From contig JBGQMY010000002.1 in NCBI GenBank assembly GCA_041500865.1, forward strand, positions 1,982 to 65,981: a stretch of DNA of 64,000 nt, given 5' to 3'. The position numbers and the translations under genes were made by a program. This DNA comes from Candidatus Micrarchaeia archaeon. Lineage in GTDB: Archaea; Micrarchaeota; Micrarchaeia; Anstonellales; J096. The notes under the pieces are model-generated. The model was not told where the DNA came from. It ran no database searches and saw only the letters and a list, made by a program, of their open reading frames with translations. This document shows positions 19,901 through 31,600 of this stretch, piece after piece (the first letter of the stretch is position 1; each line of letters begins with the position of its first letter).

Positions 19901-21470
19901 GCCTGGCAATCACGCCTTCCTTTTCCTTTATTTGGGCTTCCAAAACAAAATATTTGGCTATCGCTGCATCATAGTTCTTGTTGAAATACTCCAGGCTGAA
20001 ACCGGGCCTGTTTTTCAGATTTGATAAAAGTTTTTTCTTGATGTTATCCTTTATCGTCTTGTCCATGGCTGCCTTATCCTGCCTATTTATCTCCTTTTTG
20101 ATTTCTTCTTTGCTTATTGATTTGACGTCCATAGCATTGATTCCGAATGTCTTTAAGACCAGCGATAATGAGGCGCCGATTGCGCCCAGCGAAATGCCGC
20201 CAAGGCCCTTGAGGATGCTTAAGCCCGCCCCTGATTTAGCCCAGCCCGCTTTCATCTCCTGCCCAAACTTTTTGAAGTCAGTGACCTGCACAGTTACCGG
20301 ATTTCCCTTCTTGTCTATTTTCTGGGCGCCGGTTTTGGTAAGCACGGGCACCTTCACCTGGGACTTTTGTACTGCCGCCTCTATTCCCAGCATCTTGCCT
20401 CCTTGTTCTGCTATTTTCTTGCCGGTAACCCAGCCTGTGGCACTGCCTAATGCATTTGCAACTTTTACAAAGCCTATGGCAAATTTCTGAGAGCCAGTCG
20501 GCTTTCCGCCCTTGGCTTTTTCTGCCTCGCCCTTGACCGCGGCCTTCCTGATGCCGCCCTTGTCGCCAGCCAGCCCCTCATTCACACTTTTGGCCGCGCC
20601 GTATACTGACGCCGTCTTGCTGACCACGCTTCCCAGCACGCTCTCGTGCTGGCTCATCGCAGCCCCGACAGACGACTGTATCGCCTGCGTATTCGGCTTT
20701 ATGTAGTTTCTCTGCGCCCTGTCCATGCTGAACCAGAAGAACGGGTTAACGCCCATGTAGAACATGCTGGCTATCAACAAGCCTACTAAAATGGAAATCG
20801 GCAGGCATATGCTCAATTGGTCCGTTGAAAGCACCCTTGTGCCAGAAGCGCGGGTAAGGACCATTGACGACGACAGGAATAGGTTGGCTGGGTCCCAATT
20901 GCCAGTCCCGGTGAGATTGAACACCTTTGCGGTCTGTCCCCAGTTTCCCGATACAGGATTGCCCGCTGCGTCCTTGCATGCATCAATGCCCGTATATGAG
21001 GTCATGCCTATGCCGTTAGGGGGCGGAGCTGGAGGTCTGGGATAGGACGGCTTGTAGCCGATGTTGCCGTTGTCGTCAAAAACCACGAGGCAGTCGTCTA
21101 TGGCGCACGTCAGCGACGCGTTGGAATAGCAGAAGACCGCTACAAACGTCGTTTTGTTCATCATCGCCTTTGAGGCGCTGAACGTGGCAGTTCCGCTCCC
21201 GTCCGTTATCGTCCTGCACAGGTACTCTTTCCTGAATCCCGTGGTGTTGAACGGCTGGATGAATATTACCGCGTCCTTTACAGGGACGTCATGGCCGTTG
21301 ATTGTGGCAAAAAGCGAAACATTGTAATTTGTGGAATTGTCGGGATTGGTCCCAACCAGCTTTATGGATATGCTTGAGACCTCGGCCTTGTCGTAATAGT
21401 CCAAGGGGACGCAGGCGCTGAAAACCATTCCGAAGACAAGCAGCAGCGGGAGAATGTGCCTCATGCCCAT
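16971..21470 (-). CDS. Large (~1500 aa) membrane-anchored protein of unknown function
   Basis: Signal peptide MGMRHILPLLLVFGMVFSAC, Cys-containing ectodomain, TM segment CLPISILVGLLIASMFYMGVNPF, G/K-rich and coiled-coil regions, Pro-rich tail. TATA at 21493-21500 supports this start. Confidence 0.85.
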   Translation of the reverse strand: MGMRHILPLLLVFGMVFSACVPLDYYDKAEVSSISIKLVGTNPDNSTNYNVSLFATINGHDVPVKDAVIFIQPFNTTGFRKEYLCRTITDGSGTATFSASKAMMNKTTFVAVFCYSNASLTCAIDDCLVVFDDNGNIGYKPSYPRPPAPPPNGIGMTSYTGIDACKDAAGNPVSGNWGQTAKVFNLTGTGNWDPANLFLSSSMVLTRASGTRVLSTDQLSICLPISILVGLLIASMFYMGVNPFFWFSMDRAQRNYIKPNTQAIQSSVGAAMSQHESVLGSVVSKTASVYGAAKSVNEGLAGDKGGIRKAAVKGEAEKAKGGKPTGSQKFAIGFVKVANALGSATGWVTGKKIAEQGGKMLGIEAAVQKSQVKVPVLTKTGAQKIDKKGNPVTVQVTDFKKFGQEMKAGWAKSGAGLSILKGLGGISLGAIGASLSLVLKTFGINAMDVKSISKEEIKKEINRQDKAAMDKTIKDNIKKKLLSNLKNRPGFSLEYFNKNYDAAIAKYFVLEAQIKEKEGVIARLRENNPSNKDIKKLEKENEKLIKERDSVMPGFVLKCFPATDKKVAENKQGMTKLWDDISSLKSRIEQNEGLSGTAKALFAALSKDSLTLSEMKDLQSGKDNRLSGIKDEKLKDQLSDFIGMKIAYGTMLNDQMELMRESHLPVHYLEGNILQPEREFQVKISQIAQNSIGNKVAAIALSLRLSGEEDRADKLLLDFNAIGTDANAPQNVLKAMFPDHPEYVNQANATYMVEQLKMERELRTDVSANSAKLQVVNGLLGMVNDGYTITAVPGASGMEISDKIKITKNGKEISGENKDKVISEYGIENNAYSMITLTDMANGAKPESSFTAENLALKRTEAIQASSGIIEKALGIAHQKDLEAGAAAAQIVPMGKLADVLDRNGMALEGFNGRNGDIVIVDKVSKEKLTMDQAKARMNEDSWADFSKASSALGTDTFKNINTIFGTAVAGYSFSGADSEGNFLVRDKATGKAVSLEDATKSMGENDRSQLITELDKFRNVNVGAIKDSLRGTDLVFNGIDEGGTKINNSSGERITGNDVKAELNMKDASESFTKIYAAFNETSKNSIKEKVLPYFSSNDVIPYQDVRDAMSARVGGAESRVESRAGVVAQLFDSMEGMLTSKASTDNLKSHKELYEKLEKFQLDEGRENVFLVFSPDQKKFDLVDKNGTAIPDDRENKILKQFNLDKLSADESSIMKSALEQQGQFPKPAGGGGVSGAPSGALALSSLSFVVSDLYEDEKKNLIKVTEDDMKNRIYETRNRRNLTSASFFDFSGLLENIANSSPAADIMTGASDETFHRAFISKDYDKDCLRNYFAIGAKEEYSKELSDDGIKDKNGTKADYAALEDYHNFIGKVTTGALDTYDTYFGGRGRPAPMLYGELPPSGPGGRPTPPAEPPPAEKRPQEKETGVVFKEGGPEKPPSKQSEQQALGQAPETASQMQKSADEEARKAALRETKQKVIDDYNKRVAAREPKKPKG

Positions 21471-21530
21471 GGTTCGCTTTTGCCTGGCCTTGTTTTTAAA
21501 CATAGCGCCTAAGGAAACCGAGGTTCCCTT

Positions 21531-21564
21531 GAAGCATTTTTCCAAAAGGCTTCAGCGAAAAACG
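21531..21564 (-). repeat. REP-like hairpin copy
   Basis: Reverse complement CGTTTTTCGCTGAAGCCTTTTGGAAAAATGCTTC matches the 62246-62279 and 16886-16919 units. Confidence 0.6.
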
Positions 21565-21629
21565 TTGGCCCAACCCCCCCTTCTTACTAAGCTGTTGCAT
21601 CTGGGGTATTTTTGCCAAACCACAAGATT

Positions 21630-22589
21630 TCAGCTTGCTTTTCCAAGCGCATAAAGCCTTTCCAGCCTTTTTACGGTAAGCGGATGCGTCATAAGCAGTT
21701 CACTAAGCCCGCCCTTGCCCTTCTCCTTTTCCAGTATTTCGGCAAAGGACGAACCGCGCCCCAGCATCAGCGCAATCTCGTTTATGGTCCCGCGCTCATT
21801 TGCTGAAGGCGAGGCTATGTAGAAGGAGTTCATGCTTTTGTTCTGGGCCTGCGCCTGCGGGGCCGCGTTCGCGTAGCTTATCCTTGTCAGCGCCATCATC
21901 AGCGCCTTCGGGTTTGCGGTCGCATAGGCGGAGAACTCGTCCGCATAATACTCCCTTGTCCTTGATATGGCAAGCACTATGAGCTGGCCCAAAAAGCTTG
22001 CCACGTTCGCGCCTATTATCGTGGCCAGGAACGAACTCTGGCCGTTGTTGTCCTTTCCGCCGAAGAAGATGATGAAGGCATAATAAAGCAGTATGGGAAG
22101 CGCGCCGGCAAACGTCATCACAAGCACGTCCCTGTGCCTTATGTGGCCCATCTCATGGGCGATTACAGCCTCAATCTCGTCCGGGCCGAGCATCCTCAAA
22201 AGGCCGGTATGCACGGCTATGGCAGAGCTGGACTGCGTCCTGCCGAAGGCAAAGGCGTTCGGATAGGGGTTGTCAACCAGGTACAGTTTCGGCACAGGCA
22301 CGCCCGCAATGCCGGCATACTTCGCCAGTATCGCCCTTATCTCAGGCAATTCGCCTTCCTTCACTTCCTTTGCCTTAGTGGACCATTTTATTATCCAAGG
22401 CCCTATGTACCATTGGACAAGGAGGAATGCGAACGAGATTATAATCCAGACTAGTATCGAGCCGCTGCCCGAGAATCCCGCATAGACCAGTATGAGGCCC
22501 AAAACGGATGCGACTATGCCGAAGACCAGCATGGTGACAAGCATCATCCTGAGCGTAAGCCCGAACGTACTGTATTGTGTGGATGCCAT
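21630..22589 (-). CDS. htpX: HtpX-like M48 zinc metalloprotease
   Basis: PNAFAFG, AHEMGH, SRTREYYAD, THP motifs and TM helices. Confidence 0.92.
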   Translation of the reverse strand: MASTQYSTFGLTLRMMLVTMLVFGIVASVLGLILVYAGFSGSGSILVWIIISFAFLLVQWYIGPWIIKWSTKAKEVKEGELPEIRAILAKYAGIAGVPVPKLYLVDNPYPNAFAFGRTQSSSAIAVHTGLLRMLGPDEIEAVIAHEMGHIRHRDVLVMTFAGALPILLYYAFIIFFGGKDNNGQSSFLATIIGANVASFLGQLIVLAISRTREYYADEFSAYATANPKALMMALTRISYANAAPQAQAQNKSMNSFYIASPSANERGTINEIALMLGRGSSFAEILEKEKGKGGLSELLMTHPLTVKRLERLYALGKAS

Positions 22590-22636
22590 GGTTATCTCTC
22601 CTTGCCTGGATTTTAAAAATGAAATGGTTGAAAAAA

Positions 22637-25600
22637 TCAACCCTTGAATTTGTACTGCCTGCCGCTGCCGCCCCCTTCCCTCAGGAAGAAATAGTATATG
22701 GCGACTATTATGGCTGCTATCGCCACGATGGCCAATAGCGCCGCGGCCAGCACGCCGACCCAGTCAAGCGGCTTTGGCGGCTGCGCCTGTGCGCAAAGTC
22801 CCGCGCTCATGTTGCAGCTGCCTGAGCAGCAGTCGCTGTCAATCTTGCATGCCCCGTTGTCTGCGGCGCACGTGATATTGGCCCCTGAGACATTCTGGGT
22901 CACGTTGGTTGGATGGGTCGCGTTTCCTCCCTGCTGAGCCGCTGCCCTGGCCATTGCGCCAATCACGGCAAACGCGTTGTTGCCTGAGACGTTGTTCAGC
23001 ATTATGGAGACATTGAGGCTGCCGTCGCCATTCACGTCAACGGTCCTGTTCTCGCCCACATAAACGGTGATTGTGCCAGTGAGGCTGTCCACCTGGTATG
23101 CCGCATACTCGGCGCCGACGTCAATCAGGGTGACGTTGATGTACCTGGTGGAGCCGTTGCTTACATACGGGATTTGGCTTGTCTGGTTCCTGGACATGCC
23201 GCCCTGGGTGCCGTTCCCGGCAGTCTGGTTCTGCTGGCCTCCTGCTGCCGCGCAGCTGAACGACACTGTCAGCGAGGCGCTGTCGTAGCCGTCCTTGTCC
23301 GCATACACGACGTACGTGCCGCTTGCGAGGTTGCTGAAGGTGTATCCCGAGGTATATGCCGTATGCCTGTCGTCCGAGTTTATGTAGACGGTAACCCCGC
23401 TAAGCGCCGTGCCGCTGCTGGCTACAGTAACCCTCACGTTGGCAGTTCCGTCGCTGTTGCATGACGTGTAGTTGGATATCGCCATTGAAGGCAGCGCCGC
23501 CCCGCCTCCGCCGCCCCCTCCGCCCCCTCCGCCTCCGCCACCGCTTGTCTTTACGGTAACGGTCCTAGACAGCGAGGATGACGAGTAGTTCTCGGTCGCG
23601 TTGTACACCAGCTTCACTGTGTGAGTTCCTGTCGCAGACCAGGACGTGCTGTTGTAGATGTTGCCGTTGCCTGAGCGCGAGAACGCGCTGTCCAGCCATA
23701 TCTCTATGTGGCCGTTGGCCGGCGTTGTGACAGTGCCGTTGAATGTGACTGTGGCGCCGGTGTTGACGGTTATTCCGCCAGCAACCCCATTGACGGTAAG
23801 GCTTATGCTGGGCGCCGCCTTGGCTATTGTTAAATTATTTGAGGCGGATGCGCCTGTGTAGTTCTCAGTCCCGCTTATGTTGCACACAAAGAGGTATGCC
23901 CCTGCCGGCAGGTTGGCTATGCTTTCGGCGTAGCCTAGACCGCTTGCCATGAACGTGCCGTTCCTGTAAATGGATACGTTAAGGCCGGCTTGGCCGCTGC
24001 ATGAAACGTTTATGTTGCTGTTGTTCCATGTCGGCGTCCATCCTGCTGACGAGGAGAACGTGAGCGCAGTTGACACTTGCGCTATTGTCAGCGTGTTTGA
24101 TGCGCTGCCGTTCGTGTAGTTCTCGTTGCCGCTTGTGTTGCACACATATTCGTATGTGCCTGCAGAAAGGTTCTGCGGGTCGCTCGCAAAGCCCATGCCG
24201 CTGTCAACAAGCGTGCCGTTCCTGTAAAGCTCCATGTTCACCTGCGCGGCTCCCGTGCAGTTGACTATAGTTCCGTAAGGCCAGGTTCCGCTCCATGATG
24301 GTGAAGCTGCCAATGCGGCACTCGGGTCTGCCATAAGCACGGTTATGCTCATGTTTGGCATAGAGTCGTTCAGGTTGCTCCACGTGTCATTGGCAGTCCA
24401 CCTGTAAGTATATTCTCCTGCCGCGAGGTGGCCGGTGTCGTACTCGAACTGGCTGCCTGCCTGGCTTGTGAATGGCGATTGGACCAAAGAGCCGCTGAAG
24501 TTGTTCTCAACAAGCACTGTGTCAAGTCCCGTTTCATCCGTCCAGGTTGCGTTCAGCAGGTATGAGAGGTTGGGCCTGTATGTGTCGTTGATGTTTGCGC
24601 TTGGCTCCAATGCGGTATAATTCGGCGCATTTGATTCAGGCGTGAGGTTCATGGCAAAGAACACTGTGTCGTTGGCCGTGTTGCCTGCCGAGTCGTTTGC
24701 AATCACCGTAATGGTGTGGTTGCCGTCGCTTATGCCAAGGAGCGAACTGATGTTGGAGCATCCGGCAAGGCCGATTGCCGCGCCTCCGTCAACCATGTAT
24801 CTGCAGTATGCAAGGTTCGCATCCGATGCAGTGTAGTTCAGGTCGATGTTGGCCGTGGTGTATATGGTTATGTTGTCTGGCGACTGGATTGCGACTATTG
24901 GCGCAGTGGTGTCAACCGTGAAGGTGCGCCCAGAACTGACTGTTGTGCCTGCGCTGTCGTTGGCCCAGGCCGTCATGTTGTATATTCCGTCGTCAAAGTC
25001 AAGGGTAAATGGGGCACCTGGAGGAGTATAGATTACATTGGTTCCGTTGGTGTAGAACCATACCGTATCCAAGTTCGTGTCATTCGCGCTTATGTTTATC
25101 AGTATTGTGCTGGTGTTGTAGTAATAGCTTAGCAAAGGCGACACTATCGTTATGGTCGGGCTTACCGTGTCGACCGTGAAGTTGTCGGTTCCGCTGACTG
25201 CTATGTTGTTTGCTGCGTCAGAGCAGCTGACATTCCAAAGGTGGCTGGTTTCGGTAGCGTTGTATGACAATGACGCGGGCGTGTTGTTATGCGCATTGAC
25301 ACTGCCTGCAGCCGAGCCGTCAACATAGACGACGCATGTCATGTTTTCCGAAATCGCGTCAACCGCGGTGAACGACAGGCTTACCAGCGATGAGGCCGGG
25401 AAGCTGTTGTTCTCCGGAGCCACAAGGGTTATGCCGGGCGCAGTCGTGTCTATCACTATTATCCTGGTCTCTGTTTTATTGAAGTTGCCGGCCAGGTCGG
25501 ACACCGAGGCATTGAGGTAATACACACCGTCGCTAAGGTTGTTGAAAGTGTGCGCTAATACTAAAATGCCGCTGGCGCTTCCGTTAAAGGTGTCATAGAG

Positions 25601-28600
25601 GCCAGCGGGAGTGTAAAGCGTAATTATGCCATTCATGGTGTTGGTATCATTCATAATCAGATTCACGTCTATATTAGGTATCGGGGTTCCCGTTGACGAA
25701 TTGGTCGTAGGCGAGGCAAACCATATCTGCGGGACAGTCCTGTCAACGGTCACGTTCCTGGTCTCTGTGCTGTTGGAGCGGCCGACCATGTCGTACGCCG
25801 TTGCGTTGAAGTAATACGTGCCTTCTGCAAGGCCGCTGAAGTTCGCAAGGAAGCTGCTTGAGTTGGACCATGTCTGGTTCCTGAGCGCACCGCTCGCGTT
25901 GTACAGCCTGACGGTCACGTTCGCGAAGCTTGAATCATTAACACTGACGTTCGCGATTATGCTGTTCGCAAACGAGGACGAGTTCGTTGACGGCGTTGCA
26001 AAGCGTATCGCCGGGTTTGTCGTGTCCACCGTGAAGTTCACGCTGGCTGTCGAGACGTGGCCGACCATGTCGGTTGACCACACCGTAAGGGTGTTGGCTC
26101 CCTCCGTGAAGGTCCTGTTTACAGGAACCATGTAGGTCTCATTGGCCGTCCCGTTGTAGAACCAGGTCGTGTTCAGGTCTGCATCAGTCACGTTTATGCT
26201 CACAAGCACCGTTGAGTTGCTGTATGCCGTGGCTGCCGGGGATATTATCGTTATGCTTGGCGCTATGGCGTCAAGCGTGACGTTCCTTGTCTCGGTCTTG
26301 TTCGTCCTGCCTGCCCTGTCGTAGACTGTTGCGTTGAAGAAGTACGTGCCATCCCCAAGCCCAGTGACGTTAAGGAATGCCGGGCTGGCAGTTGAGGTCT
26401 GGTTCCTTACCAGCGCGCCTGTTGAGTTGTATACCCTTATCGTGACGTTGGCGAGGTTGGTGTCATTCGCGCTTACGTTTATCTCTATAAAGTTGTTCAA
26501 CGAGGCTGTCACGTTAGTGGTTGGCGCAACAAATGATATTTCGGGGTTTATCGTGTCAACGGTGAATGTCCTGTTCGTTGAGTTGATCCTCCCTGCGGAG
26601 TCGTTCACCCAGGCATACATGCCATAGGTGGCATCGCTGAAGTTCCTGGCAAACGGCGTTCCATTGTATGTTTCATTGTCCGTGCCGTTGTAGAACCAGA
26701 CCGTGTCCTTGTTGGCGTCTGTTGCGCTTATGTTCACCAGTATCGTTGCATTGGTGTAATAAGCCAATGACGGCGACATTATCGCTATTGCCGGGTTTAT
26801 CGTGTCAACAGTGAAGTTCCTTGTTTCGCTCACGACCGTGTTGTTCGCGTCGTCCGTGCAGTTGACATACCATGTGCGGAGCGCGTTGCTGAAGTTCCTT
26901 GTCAGGTTGTACTGCGATGCGTTTGAAACCGCTACTGTTGCGTTGAGCGTGCCGTTTATGTAGATTTTGCACGTTATGCTTGTGTCAACATTGTCATCCG
27001 GCGTGAATGAGAGAGTCACATTGGTAGTTGGAGAGAAGCTGCCTGCGGCTGGCGCATTGAGCGTTATGTTTGGCGGCACTGAGTCAACAGTGAAATTGAC
27101 GCTTGCCGTTGATACGTGCCCGACCATGTCGTTCGCCCAAGCCGTGAGCGTGTTTGCTCCCTGCTGGAATGTCCTTGTGACGGGCGTTCCGTTGTAGGTT
27201 TCGTTGTCCGTTCCGTTGTAGAACCAAGTCGTGTTAAGGTCGGCGTCAGTGGCGCTTATGTTGACCCATATCGTCGCATTGGTGTAATACCTTGCCGTCG
27301 GGCTTATTATTGCCAGGGTTGGCGCGACCGTGTTGAGCGTGACGTTCCTTGTCTCGGTCTTGTTGATCCTGCCTGCCCTGTCGTATGCCGTTGCGTTAAA
27401 ATAATAGACGCCGTCGCTGAGGTTGGAGTAGTTTGCGAACACCGTAGCGGACGATGAGCTGAACGTTGAGTTCCTCAGCCCGCCGGTTGAGTTGTATAGC
27501 CTTACCGTGACGTTCGCGAAGTTGCTGTCATTAACTGAGACATTCGCCAAGACATAGTTATTCAGCGAGAATGAGACATTCGTGGTTGGCGCGACAAACG
27601 CTATTGCCGGGTTTACCGTGTCGACTGTGAAGTTCCTTGTCTCGGTCTTGTTGAGGTTCCCTGCGCTGTCAAACGCCGTTGCGTTGATGTAATAGATGCC
27701 TTCGGCAAGCGACGTCTCGTTGGCAAACAGGTTTGTCAGGGTCCCTGACGTGTTGAAATACAGCCCAGTGGAGTTGTAGAAGAATATCGTTACGTTCCTG
27801 AAGTTTGCGTCGCTGGCCGTGACGTTCACAAGGGCGCTGTCCCTGTTCAGGTATGCGCTAGAGTTTTCCGTAGGCGACTTGAAGATTATTGTCGGCTTTA
27901 TCGTGTCGACCGTGAAGTTCCTGGTTTCGCTGACTGCCGAGTTGTTCGCGTCGTCCGTGCAGTTGACATACCATGTGCGGAGCGCGTTGCTGAAGTTCCT
28001 TGTCAGGTTGTACTGCGACGCGTTTGAAACCGCGGCCGTTGCGTTGAGCGTGCCGTTTATGTAGATTTTGCACGTAATGCTGGTATCCACGTTGTCATCC
28101 GGCGTGAATGAAAGCGTCACGTTTATTGTATTTGAGAATCCTCCTGCAGCAGGCGCATTGAGCGTTATGTTTGGCGGGATTGAGTCTACGCTGAAGTTAA
28201 CGCTGGCTGTCGACAGATGCCCAATCAGGTCGTTTGACCACACAGTAAGCGTGTTTGCCCCTTGCTGGAATGTCCTTGTGACCGGGGTGCCGACAGCATA
28301 AGTCTCGTTGGCCGTGCCGTTGAAGAACCACGTTGAGTTGTCAGAGTCGGTTACGCTTATGTTCACCAGTATGGAGGCGTTGTTGTATAGCTTGCTCGTA
28401 GGCGATATTATGGTTATGCTTGGCGCTGTCGCGTCAATCGTGATGTTCCTTGTCTCTGTTTTGTTTGCCAGCCCTGCCAGGTCATATACGGTTGCGTTGA
28501 AATAGTACAGGCCGTCGCTGAGGTTGGTATAATTTACAAAGACGCTGCCTGGGCTGCTTGAGAACGTTGAGTTTCTCAGCCCGCCGGTCGCGTTGTAGAG

Positions 28601-31600
28601 CCTTATCGTGGCGTTGGCGAAGTTCGTGTCGCTGGAGCTAATATTTATTGCAACATAGGCGTTGAGCGAATACGCCGAGGAGTTCGGCGTCGGAGTTGTG
28701 AATGTTATTGCCGGGTTTATTGTGTCAACAATGAACGTCCTGTTTGTTGAGTTTGTCCTGCCGACTGTGTCGTTGGCCCATGCGGTCATGTTGTACACGC
28801 CGTCCGTGTAGTTAAGCGTTACTGGTCCCGCGTATGTCGTGTTTGCAGTGCCCGTCCCGTTGTAGAACCGCACCGTGTCCAGGTTTGCGTCGCTTGCGCT
28901 TATGTTTATCAGCATGTTGGTCCCGTTTGCGTAATATGCCTGCGAAGGCGACACTATGGATATCGCCGGGTTTGTCGTGTCCACAATCACGTTCCTGACC
29001 CCGGTTGCGTTGGGATTCCCCGCAAGGTCGGAGCAGTTTGCGAAGTAGACGTGGGTGCCGTCGCTGAGGCTGGCCAGCGTGTAGTTGGCCGTCGTGTTTC
29101 CGTCGGAGTTGTGTATCTGCATCGCATATGAGGATGGCAAGGCCGGAATCCTGATGTTGCCGAGGATGTAATTGGCTGACATTCCATAAGTGTTGTCGCC
29201 GTAGCAGGTGGAGTTGCCGTTTGACAACAGATAGCAGGTATGGAAGACGCCTGCTGAAAGCGCAATGGCTTTTCCTCCTGTGTAGTTGGTTGCTTCACCT
29301 GGACCGTTGCCATTGAAGCCGTAGCATGTTGAGTTGCCGTTGCTGAGAAGGTAGCAGGTGTCCAGGTTGCTTGCAGAGACTGCAATGGCGTCGCCACCCG
29401 TGTAGCTGGTTGTTTCGCCATTGCCGCTGTCATAGCCGTAGCATACGGAGTTGCCGCTGCTGAGCACGTAGCATGTGTGGTCCTGGCCTGCAGCAACCGC
29501 GATGGCGTCGCCGCCGGTGTAGTTGGTTGCCTGGCCGGCGCTGCCTACGCATGGCGTGTAACCAAGGCAGTTGGCGTCGCCGTAGCATACGGAGTTGCCG
29601 CTGCTGAGCAGGTAGCAGGTGTCGTAGTCAGTTGCAGAAACTGCGACGGCGTCGCCGCCTGTATAACTGGTCGACTGGTTCGAGCTGTCGTCGCCGTAGC
29701 ATACGGAGTTGCCGTTGCTGAGCACATAGCATGTGTGCTTATATTCCGTTGAGACCGCGATGGCGTTGCCGCCTGTGTAGTTTGTCGACCTGCCGTCGGT
29801 GTTGGAGCCGTAGCATACGGAGTTGCCGTTGCTGAGCACATAGCATGTGTGGTATTCGCCCATGGCAACCGCGATGGCGTTGCCTCCTGTGTAATTTGTT
29901 GCCTCACCGTTGCCATTGAAGCCGTAGCATTTGGAGTTGCCGTTGCTGAGCACATAGCATGTCTGATAAGTGCCTACCGAAATCGGCGCGTTTGAGGACG
30001 CCCTTCTCTGCGCGTCCATTGTGAGCGTGCATGACTGCAGGTTCTCGCTGGAGCTGACGTTTATGGCGATGCTGCCGTTGAGATATGCTGAGGTGTTGGG
30101 CGTCGGGCTCACGAAAGCCAATGCTGGCGCCACGTTGTCTATGCTGATGTTATAGGTGCTGGAGTAGAACCTGCCGTATTCCATCAGCTCCCCGCTTCCG
30201 TCCGCAGCATATGCCACGTCTATTGTAAAGAACGAATACGTGCCGTTGTCTCCGGTCGCATAGACCTTCCAGGTGGCGTTGCACACCTTGCCCTGAGTCA
30301 TGTTGCTGTAGCAGCTGAGGTTGGACGGGTTTGACGAAGTCGTGTAGAACGGCCTTGCCCCAACGGTCGTTGGAACGACGCCCTTGTCAAGCGTTGAGCC
30401 AAGTGCATTGACCCTCGGATATGTGTAGTTGAGCGTTCCTGCGGTGTCAACAATGGGCTTTCCGCCTGTCTTCAGCATCGAATCCACCTCAACCGGAGCC
30501 GGCATCCTGCCGTAGCTCTGGACAAAGAACTGGTTTATGAGCGCGATGGCGCCCGAAACGTGCGGGGTCGCCATTGACGTGCCCTGCTTCGGCGTATGAG
30601 TGCCTGCGAAATCTGTTGCGATTATGCCCACGCCAGGAGCAAGCACGTCAAGCGTCCTGTCCCTGTTGGTAAAGCCCGCTATTGCGTCCGAGTCGTCTGT
30701 TGCGCCCACTGAAATAGCAGTGGAGATGCATGCCGGCGAGCCTATTCCGGGCACGTCAGAAAATGGGTCGGAAGCCCCGGATCCGTGGTGTTCGTTGCCT
30801 GATGCGATGACAACCGAGATGTTGCTATTGCGGGCATTGTATAGATAAGGCGTAAAGGCGTCATCATTGTCGCAAACCTTGCCGTCGCAGCTGCCATAAT
30901 TGCAATCGCTGCCGCCTATGCTTATTGATATGACGCTTATGTTATATAGGCTGGCGTTGTTTATGCACCATTCTATGCCTGCTTCGATATCGGCTTCGGG
31001 GCAGACGTCGCCGGTGCTGTCGCAGACCTTTACCATCGCGATTTTTGCGCCAGGCGCAACGCCCCTGTAAACAGAGTCGATTGAGCCGACAATGCCGGAC
31101 ACGTGCGAGCCGTGGCCGTTGTCGTCAATGAAGTTAGTGTCGTTGTTGTAGAAGTCGTATCCCCCTACAATCTTGCTGCAGTTGTGGCTCGTTATTATGT
31201 CTGCAAGCGTGCAGCTCCCGAAGTCCGGATGCGCGTAGTTTATGCCTGTGTCAAGTATGCACACTGTCTGGCCTGTGCCGTTTATGTTCCGGCCGTTTAT
31301 TGACATGTTCCATAGCTCAGTCGCATTTATGAGCGGAACTGAAACGTCAAGCATGGTATGGAAAGTCCTTGCGATGCGGACAGATGCGACGTTCGGGTTG
31401 GCCATGAGGCTCTTTATGCCCGCAAGCGTCGCAGTCCCCGAGAAGCTGTTCACTGTGGAATACCTGTACTTAACCTTGAAGTCGCCCGAAGAAAGCGTTG
31501 AAATCACGGCAGACTGCACCGAATATACGTTTTCCCTTGTCTTGAGGCTTGCAGCCGGCTCCTTGAGCGTCACGATTACTTCAACCGGGCCGTTCTTTGC

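Noticed and set aside
29160..29985. Regular repeats with variable intervening sequence resembling a CRISPR array or DGR variable region
   Set aside because: The units are in-frame coding repeats of the giant ORF, the variation is not adenine-specific, and no cas gene, reverse transcriptase or template repeat is in the window.
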